A DNA stretch of 64,000 bases from Chitinophagaceae bacterium (GTDB taxonomy: Bacteria > Bacteroidota > Bacteroidia > Chitinophagales > Chitinophagaceae), in assembly GCA_031360425.1 (NCBI GenBank), contig JANMBO010000108.1:6486-70485 (forward strand), written 5' to 3'. Under the pieces are notes generated by a model. That model was not told the DNA's origin, made no database searches, and worked only from the letters and a program-made list of their open reading frames with translations. Shown here in pieces: positions 30,256 through 40,161 of the stretch. The position numbers and the translations under genes were made by a program. Each line of letters begins with the position of its first letter. Within the stretch, counting starts at the first letter, position 1.

Positions 30256-31260
30256 ATGAACACACAAATCATCTTCCTGGCTTTACAGATCAGTTTAGTG
30301 GAGATCATCATCTTCCAGGTGGGCGCTATCGTCCTGGGTTTCGCCATTCACTTCTTTATTTCAAGCAAAAAAAATATAAGAATTGAAGAGCAACCAGCTA
30401 CTTCTGGTATTAGTGAGGCGGAAGAATGGAGGTTAAAATATTATGAAGAACTGGAGTTGCAGGAAAAACGCCAGGAGCAAATGAAAGAGCAAATTGAGGA
30501 AGCAAGGGAAAATGAACAACAATTGGAACAGGAACTGGCTGATATGCGTTTCGAAACCCGGCGCATTTTGCAAGAACAAGCAAACAAACCTGCCGAAATA
30601 CCTACTATAGAATACCTTGATCAGTTAAAGCAGGCTCAGAGTAATTTGTTTGAACACAATCATCGAATCAGCCGATTACTGGAACAGATAGATTTATTGA
30701 GAGATTCGGAACAAAAGCACCTCGATACCTTAAAGATTAATGAAGCGCTTAATACGCAATTGAGGGAACTTAGAAAAGCATTGACTGAAAAGGAAAGCGA
30801 AATTAAGCAGATACGTCAGCAACAGTCACTATCAAAAGAAATGCACGACCGGCTGGATAAAGCGTACGGAGAATTCAACTATTTACAGGAAAAGATTCAA
30901 AAAGTTGAAACCCACCTGTCTCAACCACAAAACCGCACTTTTGAATTTGACGAATTACAGCAATCCTATTTCAAGCTTACTAAGGATTTTGATGAAATGA
31001 AGCTGAAATATCTTTCTATGATGGAGGAGAATCAGCGCCTTACCCGCCTCCTCGCCGATGCGGAGGATAAGTTGCGCGAAGCAAACTTCCAGCGTCAGCA
31101 GTTAATGAAAAAAGTTGGGTTCCTTGAAGAATTAAATAATGATCTGCAACAGGTAGCAGAGCATAACAAAAAACTGGAAAATCAATTGCGCCGTATTGGC
31201 GAAATAGAAGCTATGCTTGCCCGGGTTTCGGGAAATAAGGGAGATGACCCCCAGGCATAA
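30256..31260 (+). CDS. membrane-anchored coiled-coil protein of unknown function
   Basis: One N-terminal TM helix (IIFLALQISLVEIIIFQVGAIVLGFAIHFFI) followed by about 290 aa of heptad-like, E/Q/K/L-rich sequence. The start is set at MNTQ; the longer ORF-track start at 30136 is possible. Confidence 0.5.
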   Translation: MNTQIIFLALQISLVEIIIFQVGAIVLGFAIHFFISSKKNIRIEEQPATSGISEAEEWRLKYYEELELQEKRQEQMKEQIEEARENEQQLEQELADMRFETRRILQEQANKPAEIPTIEYLDQLKQAQSNLFEHNHRISRLLEQIDLLRDSEQKHLDTLKINEALNTQLRELRKALTEKESEIKQIRQQQSLSKEMHDRLDKAYGEFNYLQEKIQKVETHLSQPQNRTFEFDELQQSYFKLTKDFDEMKLKYLSMMEENQRLTRLLADAEDKLREANFQRQQLMKKVGFLEELNNDLQQVAEHNKKLENQLRRIGEIEAMLARVSGNKGDDPQA

Positions 31261-31457
31261 CCCTTTTCTTTTCTTTATCATGAACGAATCTGAAAATAAG
31301 GAATGAAAAATGGTTAATGAGAAATAAGAAAACAACCCCTGGATAATTTATTAGGCACTACTCCATTCCTATCCTCTCTTTTTAATTATTAATTCTTCAT
31401 TCTTAATTTTTAATTTCACGGCATAATTTGTTTCAATTTATTTCAAAATAATAACTT

Positions 31458-32099
31458 ATGCCTTCTGTAGCCGATATTCGTAAAGAGTATAAACTCCATT
31501 TACTAACCGAAAAAGAAGTAAAAGCTAATCCCATAGACCAATTTGCCAGCTGGTGGAATGAAGCGGTGGGTGCCGAAATAGATGAGGTAAATGCAATGAC
31601 TTTGGCTACTGCTTCAGCCGGAGGAGTGCCTTCGGCCCGCATTGTACTATTAAAGGGATTTGATGGAAAAGGGTTTATTTTTTTTACCAACTATAAAAGT
31701 TATAAAGGAAAGGACCTGGAGGAGAACCCACGTGCCTGCCTGGTTTTTTTCTGGAAAGAATTAGAAAGACAGATCCGTATTACCGGCCTTGTTCAAAAAG
31801 TAAGTGCTGCCGAAAGCGATGAGTACTTTAATGGCCGACCTGTAGGAAGTCGTATAGGTGCCTGGGTCTCTCCGCAAAGTGAAATCATCAGCGGGAGGGA
31901 ATGGCTGGAAGAAAATGAAAAAAAATACCAAAAAGAAAATGAACTCCACTCTCTTTCAAGGCCTCCACATTGGGGAGGATACCGGGTAATTCCAATTACC
32001 ATTGAATTCTGGCAGGGTCGAACCAATCGCTTACACGACAGGATTCAATATTCTTTGCAGGATGAGGGAGAGTGGATGATAGAGCGGTTGGCGCCTTGA
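31458..32099 (+). CDS. pdxH: pyridoxamine 5'-phosphate oxidase
   Basis: PSARIVLLKGFDGKGFIFFTNYKSYKG, ERQIRITG, YFNGRPVGSRIGAWVSPQS and RLHDRIQY are typical PdxH blocks. Confidence 0.92.
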   Translation: MPSVADIRKEYKLHLLTEKEVKANPIDQFASWWNEAVGAEIDEVNAMTLATASAGGVPSARIVLLKGFDGKGFIFFTNYKSYKGKDLEENPRACLVFFWKELERQIRITGLVQKVSAAESDEYFNGRPVGSRIGAWVSPQSEIISGREWLEENEKKYQKENELHSLSRPPHWGGYRVIPITIEFWQGRTNRLHDRIQYSLQDEGEWMIERLAP

Positions 32100-32168
32100 G
32101 TTAGTTGAAGTGTGGATAGGTTGATAAGTTATAAAGGAGAAAACTCACCAGTCAATTTATCAACTTAC

Positions 32169-32279
32169 TTACTTCTTAGCCGCTTTTTTCTTAGCGGATG
32201 CCGGTCTCGCCGGTCTGCTTTTACCGAAGGATCCCTTAAATGTTTTTCCTTTTTTAGTTTTTTTATCTCCTCTGCCCAT
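32169..32279 (-). CDS. 30S ribosomal protein THX (36 aa; below the ORF-track length cutoff)
   Basis: My translation of the minus strand is MGRGDKKTKKGKTFKGSFGKSRPARPASAKKKAAKK. It resembles the Thermus/Bacteroidota Thx pattern MGKGD(K/R)RT.(K/R)GK...G(S/T)(F/Y)GK.RP. The plus-strand ORF 32112..32294 is its shadow. Confidence 0.75.
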   Translation of the reverse strand: MGRGDKKTKKGKTFKGSFGKSRPARPASAKKKAAKK

Positions 32280-32319
32280 ATAGATTTTTTATAATGAATA
32301 AATGAAGTAATGCTTTAAT

Positions 32320-32348
32320 GAAAAAAGCCCCGGTATTTCGCCAGGCTT
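32320..32348 (-). terminator. probable terminator after the HU gene
   Basis: The minus strand reads AAGCC..GGCTT stem followed by TTTTTT (plus-strand A-run 32321-32326). Confidence 0.5.
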
Positions 32349-32396
32349 AGTATTACCAAGCTCAGTACCAGAGCTGTAAAATACAATGATGCGGCA

Positions 32397-32666
32397 TTAT
32401 AATTTAGAAGAAAGTTCTTTACCGGCTTTGAAGCGGGCTACTTTCTTGGCTTTGATTTTGATAACAGCACCTGTTTGAGGGTTACGGCCGTTACGGGCAG
32501 CTCTTTTCGAAACAGTGAAAGTTCCAAAACCCACTAACGTTACTTTACCACCACCTCTTAATGTTTTGGTAACAGCCTCAACGAATGAATCCAGGGCCGC
32601 GTTACCTTGCGTTTTGGTAATACCTGCATCATCGGCAATCTTTGAAATTAATTCAGCTTTGTTCAT
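32397..32666 (-). CDS. HU-family DNA-binding protein
   Basis: MNKAELISKIADDAGITKTQ..GFGTFTVSKRAARNGRNPQTG is canonical HU/IHF sequence. Confidence 0.95.
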   Translation of the reverse strand: MNKAELISKIADDAGITKTQGNAALDSFVEAVTKTLRGGGKVTLVGFGTFTVSKRAARNGRNPQTGAVIKIKAKKVARFKAGKELSSKL

Positions 32667-32957
32667 AGTGTAATTTTTTTAAAATTTAAGCAGCAACAAA
32701 TTTAACCGCTTTTCTATACCAATAAAATTTTTCTTGTAAACATTTTCCATTTTACCACATGCTGAAATCCCCACCGGGCAAGGGTTGTATACTATTTCGT
32801 TCAATAGAAAACAAAACAACTGAAAAATGGTGAATATGAAGACCCTTACTGGGTATACGTTTCAGGGGAGTTAGCTAAAATGCTGTAGGGGTGCGGCTTT
32901 CAGAGAAATTCTCAGTAATCTCCCGTTGATGAAGTTCGACCATTTTCTTATCCACAC

Positions 32958-33200
32958 TCAGTTAATAACCTCCATTAATGTACGGAATGCAATTATTTTA
33001 TTTCCCCACTTATTAATGGTGCTTTCCCGCAAAGTGGCCGAGTGTATTTCTATATATCGATTGTAATCAACTTTAATTCCAGCCGAATATTGCACGGCAT
33101 ACATAAAGCCATCTTCTTCCTCCGTTTCAAACACCCGCAATAACCTGCTTTCGGTAAAGCATCCTGTTTGCATTACTTCCGGAATATGAATCTGCTGCAT
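32958..33200 (-). CDS. DUF4286-family protein, possibly N-terminally disrupted
   Basis: EW(L)EWMQQIHIPEVMQTGCF..YAVQY..AFRTLMEVI resembles DUF4286. Family-like sequence NVTTKLDKNIHREWLEW continues upstream of the first ATG to an in-frame TAA (33252-33254). Confidence 0.55.
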   Translation of the reverse strand: MQQIHIPEVMQTGCFTESRLLRVFETEEEDGFMYAVQYSAGIKVDYNRYIEIHSATLRESTINKWGNKIIAFRTLMEVIN

Positions 33201-33308
33201 CCATTCAAGCCATTCGCGATGGATGTTCTTATCTAATTTGGTGGTAACATTTTATATGTAAATAGAAAGAAAATATGGCAGTTTATTACGGAATATTTTA
33301 TTTATAGG

Positions 33309-34076
33309 CTATTCTTTTATTTCCAAGTACACCGGGCAGTGATCGCTGTGCTTTATATCGGGATATAATTCCGCATCTTTAATTCTTTTCTTTAATGATT
33401 CTGTCACATTAATATAATCAATACGCCAACCTTTATTTTGTAATCTTACTGAAGGAAACCGTTGGCTCCACCAACTATAACGATGGGGTTCCGCATGAAT
33501 TTCACGGAAGGTATCTACCCAGCTGCCTTCGAAAAATCTATCCATCCATTTCCGCTCCTCGGGTAAAAACCCAGAAGAATTCTTATTGCCTTTGGGATCG
33601 TGAATGTCTATTTCTTTGTGAGCAATATTGTAATCGCCGCATAAAACAAGGTTGGGATGTTTCTTCTTTAGTTTATTCAAATAAGTATAAAACTCATCGA
33701 GCCAGGCATATTTAAACGTCTGCCGCTCATCGCCCGAAGTTCCGGAAGGGAAGTAGGCATTAATAAGTCGAATATCGCCAAAATCTAATTGAATTACGCG
33801 TCCTTCATCATCACTAACAGCATGCCCCGTTCCGTATTCAACGTGGTCGGGCTTTATTTTAGTAAATACCGCCACCCCGCTGTATCCTTTCTTTTGCGCG
33901 CTAAACCAAAAGTCGTGATAACCCAATTCGGTAAACTGTTTATGATCCACATTATCTTTATTCGCTTTGGTTTCCTGCAGGCAAATGATGTCTGCGGGAT
34001 TGGTTTTTAACCAATCAATTAATCCCTTGTTCATCGCGGCACGAATTCCGTTTACATTATAAGAGATGATTCGCAT
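33309..34076 (-). CDS. xth: exodeoxyribonuclease III
   Basis: MRIISYNVNGIRA, DIICLQETK, LCGDYNIAH and SDHCPV blocks of the ExoIII/APE family. Confidence 0.93.
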   Translation of the reverse strand: MRIISYNVNGIRAAMNKGLIDWLKTNPADIICLQETKANKDNVDHKQFTELGYHDFWFSAQKKGYSGVAVFTKIKPDHVEYGTGHAVSDDEGRVIQLDFGDIRLINAYFPSGTSGDERQTFKYAWLDEFYTYLNKLKKKHPNLVLCGDYNIAHKEIDIHDPKGNKNSSGFLPEERKWMDRFFEGSWVDTFREIHAEPHRYSWWSQRFPSVRLQNKGWRIDYINVTESLKKRIKDAELYPDIKHSDHCPVYLEIKE

Positions 34077-34117
34077 AGTATTATTCTTTAAATTGACCTG
34101 CAATTTAAAGAATAGAT

Positions 34118-34867
34118 ATGGAAGCTAAAGTTTCAAAAGATATTATTGAGCAGATCATTCCATCCAAACAGCATGTATACCTTGACGGGCCCAAGAGCCG
34201 GGGGTACGAATTAACTTTTGCCTGGCGGGTATTCATCCAATTTATTAAAGGGTTCCGTTCGCTGCATTTTGCAGGTCCCTGTATAACTGTGTTCGGGTCG
34301 GCGCGGTTTAAAGAGGATCATCCCTATTATGCAGCCGCCCGGCATTTTGGAAAACATATAGCACAGATGGGGTTTACTACCATGACTGGCGGAGGACCCG
34401 GAATTATGGAAGCCGCTAACCGCGGAGCATTTGAAAATGGGGGGGCTTCCATTGGTTGTAATATTCAGTTGCCTTATGAACAAAAGCCCAATCCTTATGT
34501 ACATCGCTCGATCACCTTCGAATATTTTTTTGTGCGAAAGGTTTTGCTGATGAAATATTCTTATGCGTTTATTATTTTGCCGGGGGGCTTTGGCACGATG
34601 GATGAATTTTTTGAAACACTTACGCTTATCCAAACCAAAACCATCACCCAATTCCCGGTAGTATTGTATGGTAAAGAATATTACCGCGAGTTATGGGAAT
34701 ACATATCGTATATGGCAAGCCAGGGAATGATAAGTAGAGAAGATCTTTCGCTGGTATTATTAACAGATGATGTGGATGAGGCGATGCAGCATATACACAA
34801 TTATGTCAGTAAGAATTACACAGTAAAACCGCGAAAAAAATTATGGTGGTTAATGGAAAAACGGTAA
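34118..34867 (+). CDS. LOG-family (TIGR00730) Rossmann-fold nucleotide-binding protein
   Basis: TGGGPGIMEAANRGA and PGGFGTMDEFFE motifs. Confidence 0.88.
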   Translation: MEAKVSKDIIEQIIPSKQHVYLDGPKSRGYELTFAWRVFIQFIKGFRSLHFAGPCITVFGSARFKEDHPYYAAARHFGKHIAQMGFTTMTGGGPGIMEAANRGAFENGGASIGCNIQLPYEQKPNPYVHRSITFEYFFVRKVLLMKYSYAFIILPGGFGTMDEFFETLTLIQTKTITQFPVVLYGKEYYRELWEYISYMASQGMISREDLSLVLLTDDVDEAMQHIHNYVSKNYTVKPRKKLWWLMEKR

Positions 34868-35268
34868 GGGTAGGAAATATTAAGTGAAGTATTATTAACG
34901 AAAAAGATATTGACAGACTAACTAAAATAATGATGCGTAAAATGGATGCTTCCTCTAATGATTGGGATACTGAAATTTGCTTTCAGAATCCTGGGTATGA
35001 ATCTCCATAATATAACTTAAGATAAGCCTTTATAATTTCTGATGAATAGAATAATAGACAAACTCGAAAGAAGTTCATCATCGATGAATTAAGTTGATTT
35101 CTCCGCTTGCAGGAAATAAAATATTATCACACTCATCTTAGGAAATCGATTGCGTAATCCAATTGCTTGCAGAATGCAGCAAAGCACGGAATTGTTTTGT
35201 CTTAAGAAAAGGTTAATTCTCTAAAATCACATAGTTTCACATTTATTATTTTTATTAAACACACCGAC

Positions 35269-38200
35269 ATGAAAAAACAAATGCTGCTCTTAATGAGCAT
35301 ATGCATGCTTCTTTGCAACATGCTGTATGCTCAAAACAAGGAAATAACCGGAACGGTTACTGACTTGAAAGCCGGCACTCCTATACCAGGAGCTACGGTA
35401 AGAATTAAAGGAGGTGGCGCTACCACTACTAAAAGTGACGGTACTTTCATTATTAAGGCAAATAAAGCTGAAGTAATACTGGAAATTTCAAGCATTGGCT
35501 ATTTGGAAAAAACAGTTACCGCCAGTAGCGGAGCTAATTTAACCATCCAGTTAGAAGTAGATACAAAGGCATTAAATGAGGTAGTGGTAACGGGGGTTGG
35601 TATCGCGACAAGCAAAAGAAAGCTGGCGATTTCTGTTGAATCGTTAACAGCTGAAAAACTGCCCCAGGGTGGAACAGCTTCCGTTGACCAGGCTTTAGTG
35701 GGAAAAATTGCCGGAGCACAAATAACCCCTATCAGCGGCGTTCCTGGATCCCAGGCGCGCATCTTATTGAGAGGTATTAATACGCTCCAGGGTAGCACCA
35801 ATCCAATGATCTTGCTTGATGGAGTACAATTAGCGGCTACCGATATAAACTCCATTGATTTGAGCGGTATAGAAAGAATAGAAGTAATTCAAGGGGCCGG
35901 GGCAGCTACAATTTATGGCGCACAAGGAGCTAACGGGGTAATCCAGTTATTTTCTAAAAAAGGCAAAGCGGGTCAGCTTAATATTGATATCTCGTCAAGC
36001 ATTGCTCAAAATACTTACCTGAATATTGGCGGCCTTGGTAAAGCGCAAACGCATGCTTTTAATACCAACACCAACAACGAAGTTATAGGAGGAAACGGTA
36101 ACCCACTTACTTATAATCCCGCAACCGGCGTATTAAATGCCAATTTAATTTGGGATGCGTTGAACCCAAATAATGAAACCAAAAAACCTTACGACAAGAA
36201 TTTAAAGTATTACGACCACTTTAAGCAATTTTTTGTTCCGGCCAATGTATATAACAATTCTGTAAGCATTTCGGGGGGAAAAGAAAAACTCGATTTTGCT
36301 ATTTCTGCATCCAATAACAGGCAGGAAAGTAATTTCAAGAAAATGGGGTATAATGAGCGTTCAAATTTGATTTCCAATATTGGTTTTGAAGTGGCAAAAA
36401 ATCTGAGGTTCCGTAGCATTACCCAGTTGGTATATACTAAAAATACGATTAATGGTGACCAGGGCCTCGTTTATCCCATTTTTAACTCTCGTCCTTTTGC
36501 TGATTATGATGCGCTTACTCCCGATGGGCATCACAGTGTTTATATTGGAAATGCTGCCGGAGTAAACGGAAATAACCCCAATTATACTAACGAGTATTCC
36601 AGTACATTGGATAACAAAGTGGATGTGGTACAAAGCTTTAACTTAAATTATAAATTTTCTAAGTTAGTTGAACTGGATGCAAAATACGGATTGAATTACC
36701 GGAATGAAGATTTTACCAAGAAGGTGCTGAATCAATCAAATGACCTAAGCTCTTTGGCAACAGACCATTGGGTGGCATATAATAACCCAGACAGAACAGG
36801 GGAGATCAGCGACTACCGCTACAAAACAATTTTTCAAAATTTTATCGGTACAGCAACCGTACGGTTCGATTTCCAAAGAGATTTTCACATAAACTTACCA
36901 ATCATTGCAACTACCCAGGGTGCTTTTGATTATAGAAAAAATGTTTATAAAGAGTATGACTCGTATGCTTTAGGGGTACCAACTTATTCTCCTTTTACGG
37001 CCAGCCAGGCCACTACATTTAAAGTATTTACAGACTATACAGAGCCGTTTGTCACGTATGGGTATGTAGCCACCCAAAGATTTGATTATGCTGATATAGC
37101 TGGAATTTCCGGAGGTATAAGGAGTGACTATTCCTCTGCCTTTGGCCAGGGATCCAAACCATTTACCTTCCCCAGGGGAGATGCTTATGTCCGTCTTTCC
37201 GCTATGAATTTCTGGGCCGACAGTAAATTGCACAATGTAATTAATGAATTCAAATTAAGAGGTGCTTATGGGGAAGCAGGAATTCAACCTACGCCGTTTC
37301 AGCGGTATGTAACGTTAAGTACAAAAACGTATGGCAACAGTAATGCTTTCTATGTGAGTGCATCACAGCCTAATCCGAATTTGAACGTGGAAGTTTCCAA
37401 AGAATTGGAGATTGGAGCGGACATGTCCTTTAAGATATTCAAAGGAAGCTGGCTGAAAACTATAAATCTTTCTACGACCTATTGGGATAGAAGAACGGAT
37501 AATGCCATTTGGAATCTTGATGCAGCTCCCTCCACTGGAACAGGTAACCTGGTAGATAATGTATTTGGGTTAAAGTCTCATGGATTGCAGGCATCTTTCA
37601 ATGCTAACGTATTCACCTCAAAGAATCTCAGCTGGAACTTCACTACCAACTATGGAAAGCAGGTTTCAATCATTTCTTCTGTTAAAGGTCCGGAAGTAGT
37701 AATTATTTCAAGCGCCGGAAGCACCAACTATGTACTGAGAGCAGGTGAAAAGGTGGGTCAGATTTATGGTTTTCTTGGACTACACAGCGTAGACCAGGTT
37801 GATGCGAATGGAGATCCTTATATTGCTAAGGCCGACCAGGTTAACTATACATTAGCCAGTAACGGTTGGGTAGTTAATAAAACTACCAGGCAACCTTATT
37901 TCACCCCCAATCAATATACTTTTGGCGACCCGAACCCTAAGTTCAATATGGCCTTTATTAATGAATTTGCTTATAAAGATTTCCTAACCTTTTCTTTCCA
38001 GGTTGATTGGATTTATGGCGCTCATATTTATAATCAGACCAAAGAGTGGATGTATAGAGATGGTATTAATAAAGATTACGAAAAGCCTATTACTATTGAT
38101 GGGGTTACCGGTGCATGGACGGCATTTTATCGCGGTGTGTATGCGCAAATTTCCAGGAATGGTACTAAAAACTATTTCTATGAAGATGGTTCGTTTGTAA

Positions 38201-38433
38201 GACTTCGTAACGTGGCTGTAGCCTTTGACGTAGCGAAAATAACAAGTATTAAACCCTTCAAAAGGCTTCAACTGGTATTGTCAGGCAGAAATCTGATAAC
38301 CATAACCAAATACACTGGTATGGATCCGGAGATGAGTTCAGGTGCAACTAACTCCCCATGGGATAGAGGTACCGATCACAGCACGCTGCCTAATTTCAAA
38401 ACTTACCAGGCGGGTATTAATATTGGATTTTAA
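35269..38433 (+). CDS. SusC/RagA-family TonB-linked outer-membrane transporter (second copy)
   Basis: Signal peptide, GTVTDLKAGTPIPGATVRIKG CarboxypepD_reg-like domain, plug (NEVVVTGVGI..DQALVGKIAGAQI) and C-terminal TYQAGINIGF. Confidence 0.92.
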   Translation: MKKQMLLLMSICMLLCNMLYAQNKEITGTVTDLKAGTPIPGATVRIKGGGATTTKSDGTFIIKANKAEVILEISSIGYLEKTVTASSGANLTIQLEVDTKALNEVVVTGVGIATSKRKLAISVESLTAEKLPQGGTASVDQALVGKIAGAQITPISGVPGSQARILLRGINTLQGSTNPMILLDGVQLAATDINSIDLSGIERIEVIQGAGAATIYGAQGANGVIQLFSKKGKAGQLNIDISSSIAQNTYLNIGGLGKAQTHAFNTNTNNEVIGGNGNPLTYNPATGVLNANLIWDALNPNNETKKPYDKNLKYYDHFKQFFVPANVYNNSVSISGGKEKLDFAISASNNRQESNFKKMGYNERSNLISNIGFEVAKNLRFRSITQLVYTKNTINGDQGLVYPIFNSRPFADYDALTPDGHHSVYIGNAAGVNGNNPNYTNEYSSTLDNKVDVVQSFNLNYKFSKLVELDAKYGLNYRNEDFTKKVLNQSNDLSSLATDHWVAYNNPDRTGEISDYRYKTIFQNFIGTATVRFDFQRDFHINLPIIATTQGAFDYRKNVYKEYDSYALGVPTYSPFTASQATTFKVFTDYTEPFVTYGYVATQRFDYADIAGISGGIRSDYSSAFGQGSKPFTFPRGDAYVRLSAMNFWADSKLHNVINEFKLRGAYGEAGIQPTPFQRYVTLSTKTYGNSNAFYVSASQPNPNLNVEVSKELEIGADMSFKIFKGSWLKTINLSTTYWDRRTDNAIWNLDAAPSTGTGNLVDNVFGLKSHGLQASFNANVFTSKNLSWNFTTNYGKQVSIISSVKGPEVVIISSAGSTNYVLRAGEKVGQIYGFLGLHSVDQVDANGDPYIAKADQVNYTLASNGWVVNKTTRQPYFTPNQYTFGDPNPKFNMAFINEFAYKDFLTFSFQVDWIYGAHIYNQTKEWMYRDGINKDYEKPITIDGVTGAWTAFYRGVYAQISRNGTKNYFYEDGSFVRLRNVAVAFDVAKITSIKPFKRLQLVLSGRNLITITKYTGMDPEMSSGATNSPWDRGTDHSTLPNFKTYQAGINIGF

Positions 38434-38453
38434 AACTCTAAAGCTATTAATGT

Positions 38454-40109
38454 ATGAAAAAATATAAATTATTATTCTTCACCGTTGCTCTTTCAGGATT
38501 AATTTTTTCCTGTAAAAAACAATTGGATGTTAAGAATCCCAATCAGCCTACACCCGAAAGTGCTAAAACGGAATCAGGAATCATAGCACTTGCCCAGGGT
38601 GGAATTTATTTTAACGGGTTAGGATCCGGCAGTTTAAAATATGGCGGATTCAACGGAAGTTTTTGGAATGATCCCGTTAGTTATCATGACCTGATGGGTG
38701 ATGTAATTGGGGTAGAAGCCGCGAACCAATACATTAACCAATGGAGTTGTCCGGACTGGGTTATAATTGACAATGGAACGAAAATCCTTGATCCTAATTC
38801 ACCCAACAAGCAGATACTCACATTAAGGGCAATTAACAGAAATGCCAATGCAAGCGATAATCCAGTTTATTACGAGTGGGGGTACATGTATGCCTTAATT
38901 GGTAGTTGCAACAACCTTTTGTCTCTTGTAGATGATATAAAATTTAGCGGAGACGAAGCCACCAAAAAGAATACTATTAAAGCCTGGGCTTACTGGTGGA
39001 AGGGGTATGCTTATTCACGAATTGGTTCTTTTTATTATGCAGGAATTATTAATGATAATCCAAGCGGAACCAATGGCAATTATGTTACGAAAGAAAAAAT
39101 TATTGAAGAAGCCACCGCGAATTTTGATAAATGTGTTACGGCTCTAAATGCAGCAACCAATACAGGAGATTATCAAACGGTACTCGGAAAAATAATTCCT
39201 GATTTCTTCCAGGTTGGCCTGGGCAAGGTTCCTTCGGTGGCAGAATGGAAAAGAAACATTAATTCGTTGAAAGCTCGTAACATACTCGTTAATACACCTA
39301 CTGCTACCATGAGTGCAGCACAATGGACAAGTATTAACACCTTAACTTCTGATGGAATAAAACTGGGCGACAATGTATTCACTGGACGCTCTAATACCAG
39401 CGCAGATTTTATGTCTCCCAGTTTTGGCAATACGGCAGCACTCTCTGTAGGTTCAGAACCAGGTTACCGGATTAGTGAAAGGCTAATAAATGATTTTAAG
39501 CCAGGAGATAAAAGATTGAGCAATAATTTTGTAAAAAAGCCTTCTCCCTGGGTTGGAAATACTGACAGGGGAAATGTATTTAATACTAGTTGGGATTTAC
39601 TCGATGGGGGTAATGGACAGCCCGGTGTGGCTGTTTTTGGAAACCGAGCTGTAGGTGAATATGAACTCTATATTGCCTGCAGCTACGAAGAAAATCAACT
39701 CATGCTGGCAGAATCGAAAATTTATGGCGGTGATATTAATGGAGGATTAGCCTTACTTGACGGAGTAAGATCTTATCAAGGTGCGGGCTTAGCTGCAGTA
39801 AGTGGTACCGGCTTAACTCTTGCACAAGCAAAAGAAGAATTAAGAAAAGAAAGAAGGGTGTCTCTTGTATTCAGGGCCCTTTCTTTCTATGATGCACGCC
39901 GTTGGGGTGTAATTAATGATGTATCAGCTGGCGGAGGAAGAACGGGAGTTACTGTTCTTTCACCTACCGGACCTAATGGTTCAATAGTAGTTAATACCAA
40001 TGCAACAATTAATTATAATTACCTTGATTATTGGGATGTACCGGATAATGAATTGGTGTATAACCCTCCTGCCCCAGGCAGCGCCGCAGTTAAGAATCCA
40101 AAACAATAA
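38454..40109 (+). CDS. SusD/RagB-family lipoprotein (second copy)
   Basis: Lipoprotein signal GLIFSC. It lies directly downstream of SusC and has the C-terminal KERRVSLVFRALSFYDARRWG SusD-like motif. Confidence 0.85.
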   Translation: MKKYKLLFFTVALSGLIFSCKKQLDVKNPNQPTPESAKTESGIIALAQGGIYFNGLGSGSLKYGGFNGSFWNDPVSYHDLMGDVIGVEAANQYINQWSCPDWVIIDNGTKILDPNSPNKQILTLRAINRNANASDNPVYYEWGYMYALIGSCNNLLSLVDDIKFSGDEATKKNTIKAWAYWWKGYAYSRIGSFYYAGIINDNPSGTNGNYVTKEKIIEEATANFDKCVTALNAATNTGDYQTVLGKIIPDFFQVGLGKVPSVAEWKRNINSLKARNILVNTPTATMSAAQWTSINTLTSDGIKLGDNVFTGRSNTSADFMSPSFGNTAALSVGSEPGYRISERLINDFKPGDKRLSNNFVKKPSPWVGNTDRGNVFNTSWDLLDGGNGQPGVAVFGNRAVGEYELYIACSYEENQLMLAESKIYGGDINGGLALLDGVRSYQGAGLAAVSGTGLTLAQAKEELRKERRVSLVFRALSFYDARRWGVINDVSAGGGRTGVTVLSPTGPNGSIVVNTNATINYNYLDYWDVPDNELVYNPPAPGSAAVKNPKQ

Positions 40110-40118
40110 GTTGATTAT

Positions 40119-40148
40119 AAGAAGAGGCCTGGCAAAAGGCCTCTTCTT
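40119..40148 (+). terminator. hairpin after the SusD gene
   Basis: An 11-bp stem AAGAAGAGGCC/GGCCTCTTCTT. The T-tract is weak (TTAATTT), so terminator function is tentative. Confidence 0.5.
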
Positions 40149-40161
40149 AATTTAGGCAGCT

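Noticed and set aside
30067-31260. Absence of frr after pyrH as evidence of a rearrangement or insertion.
   Set aside because: Gene order downstream of pyrH is variable, and a coiled-coil membrane protein occupies the position here. There are no repeats, mobile genes or disrupted remnants to indicate a recent event.
32112-32294. 60-aa plus-strand ORF in the pdxH-HU spacer.
   Set aside because: It is the antisense shadow of the 36-aa ribosomal protein THX gene on the minus strand, which has a convincing family-like sequence.
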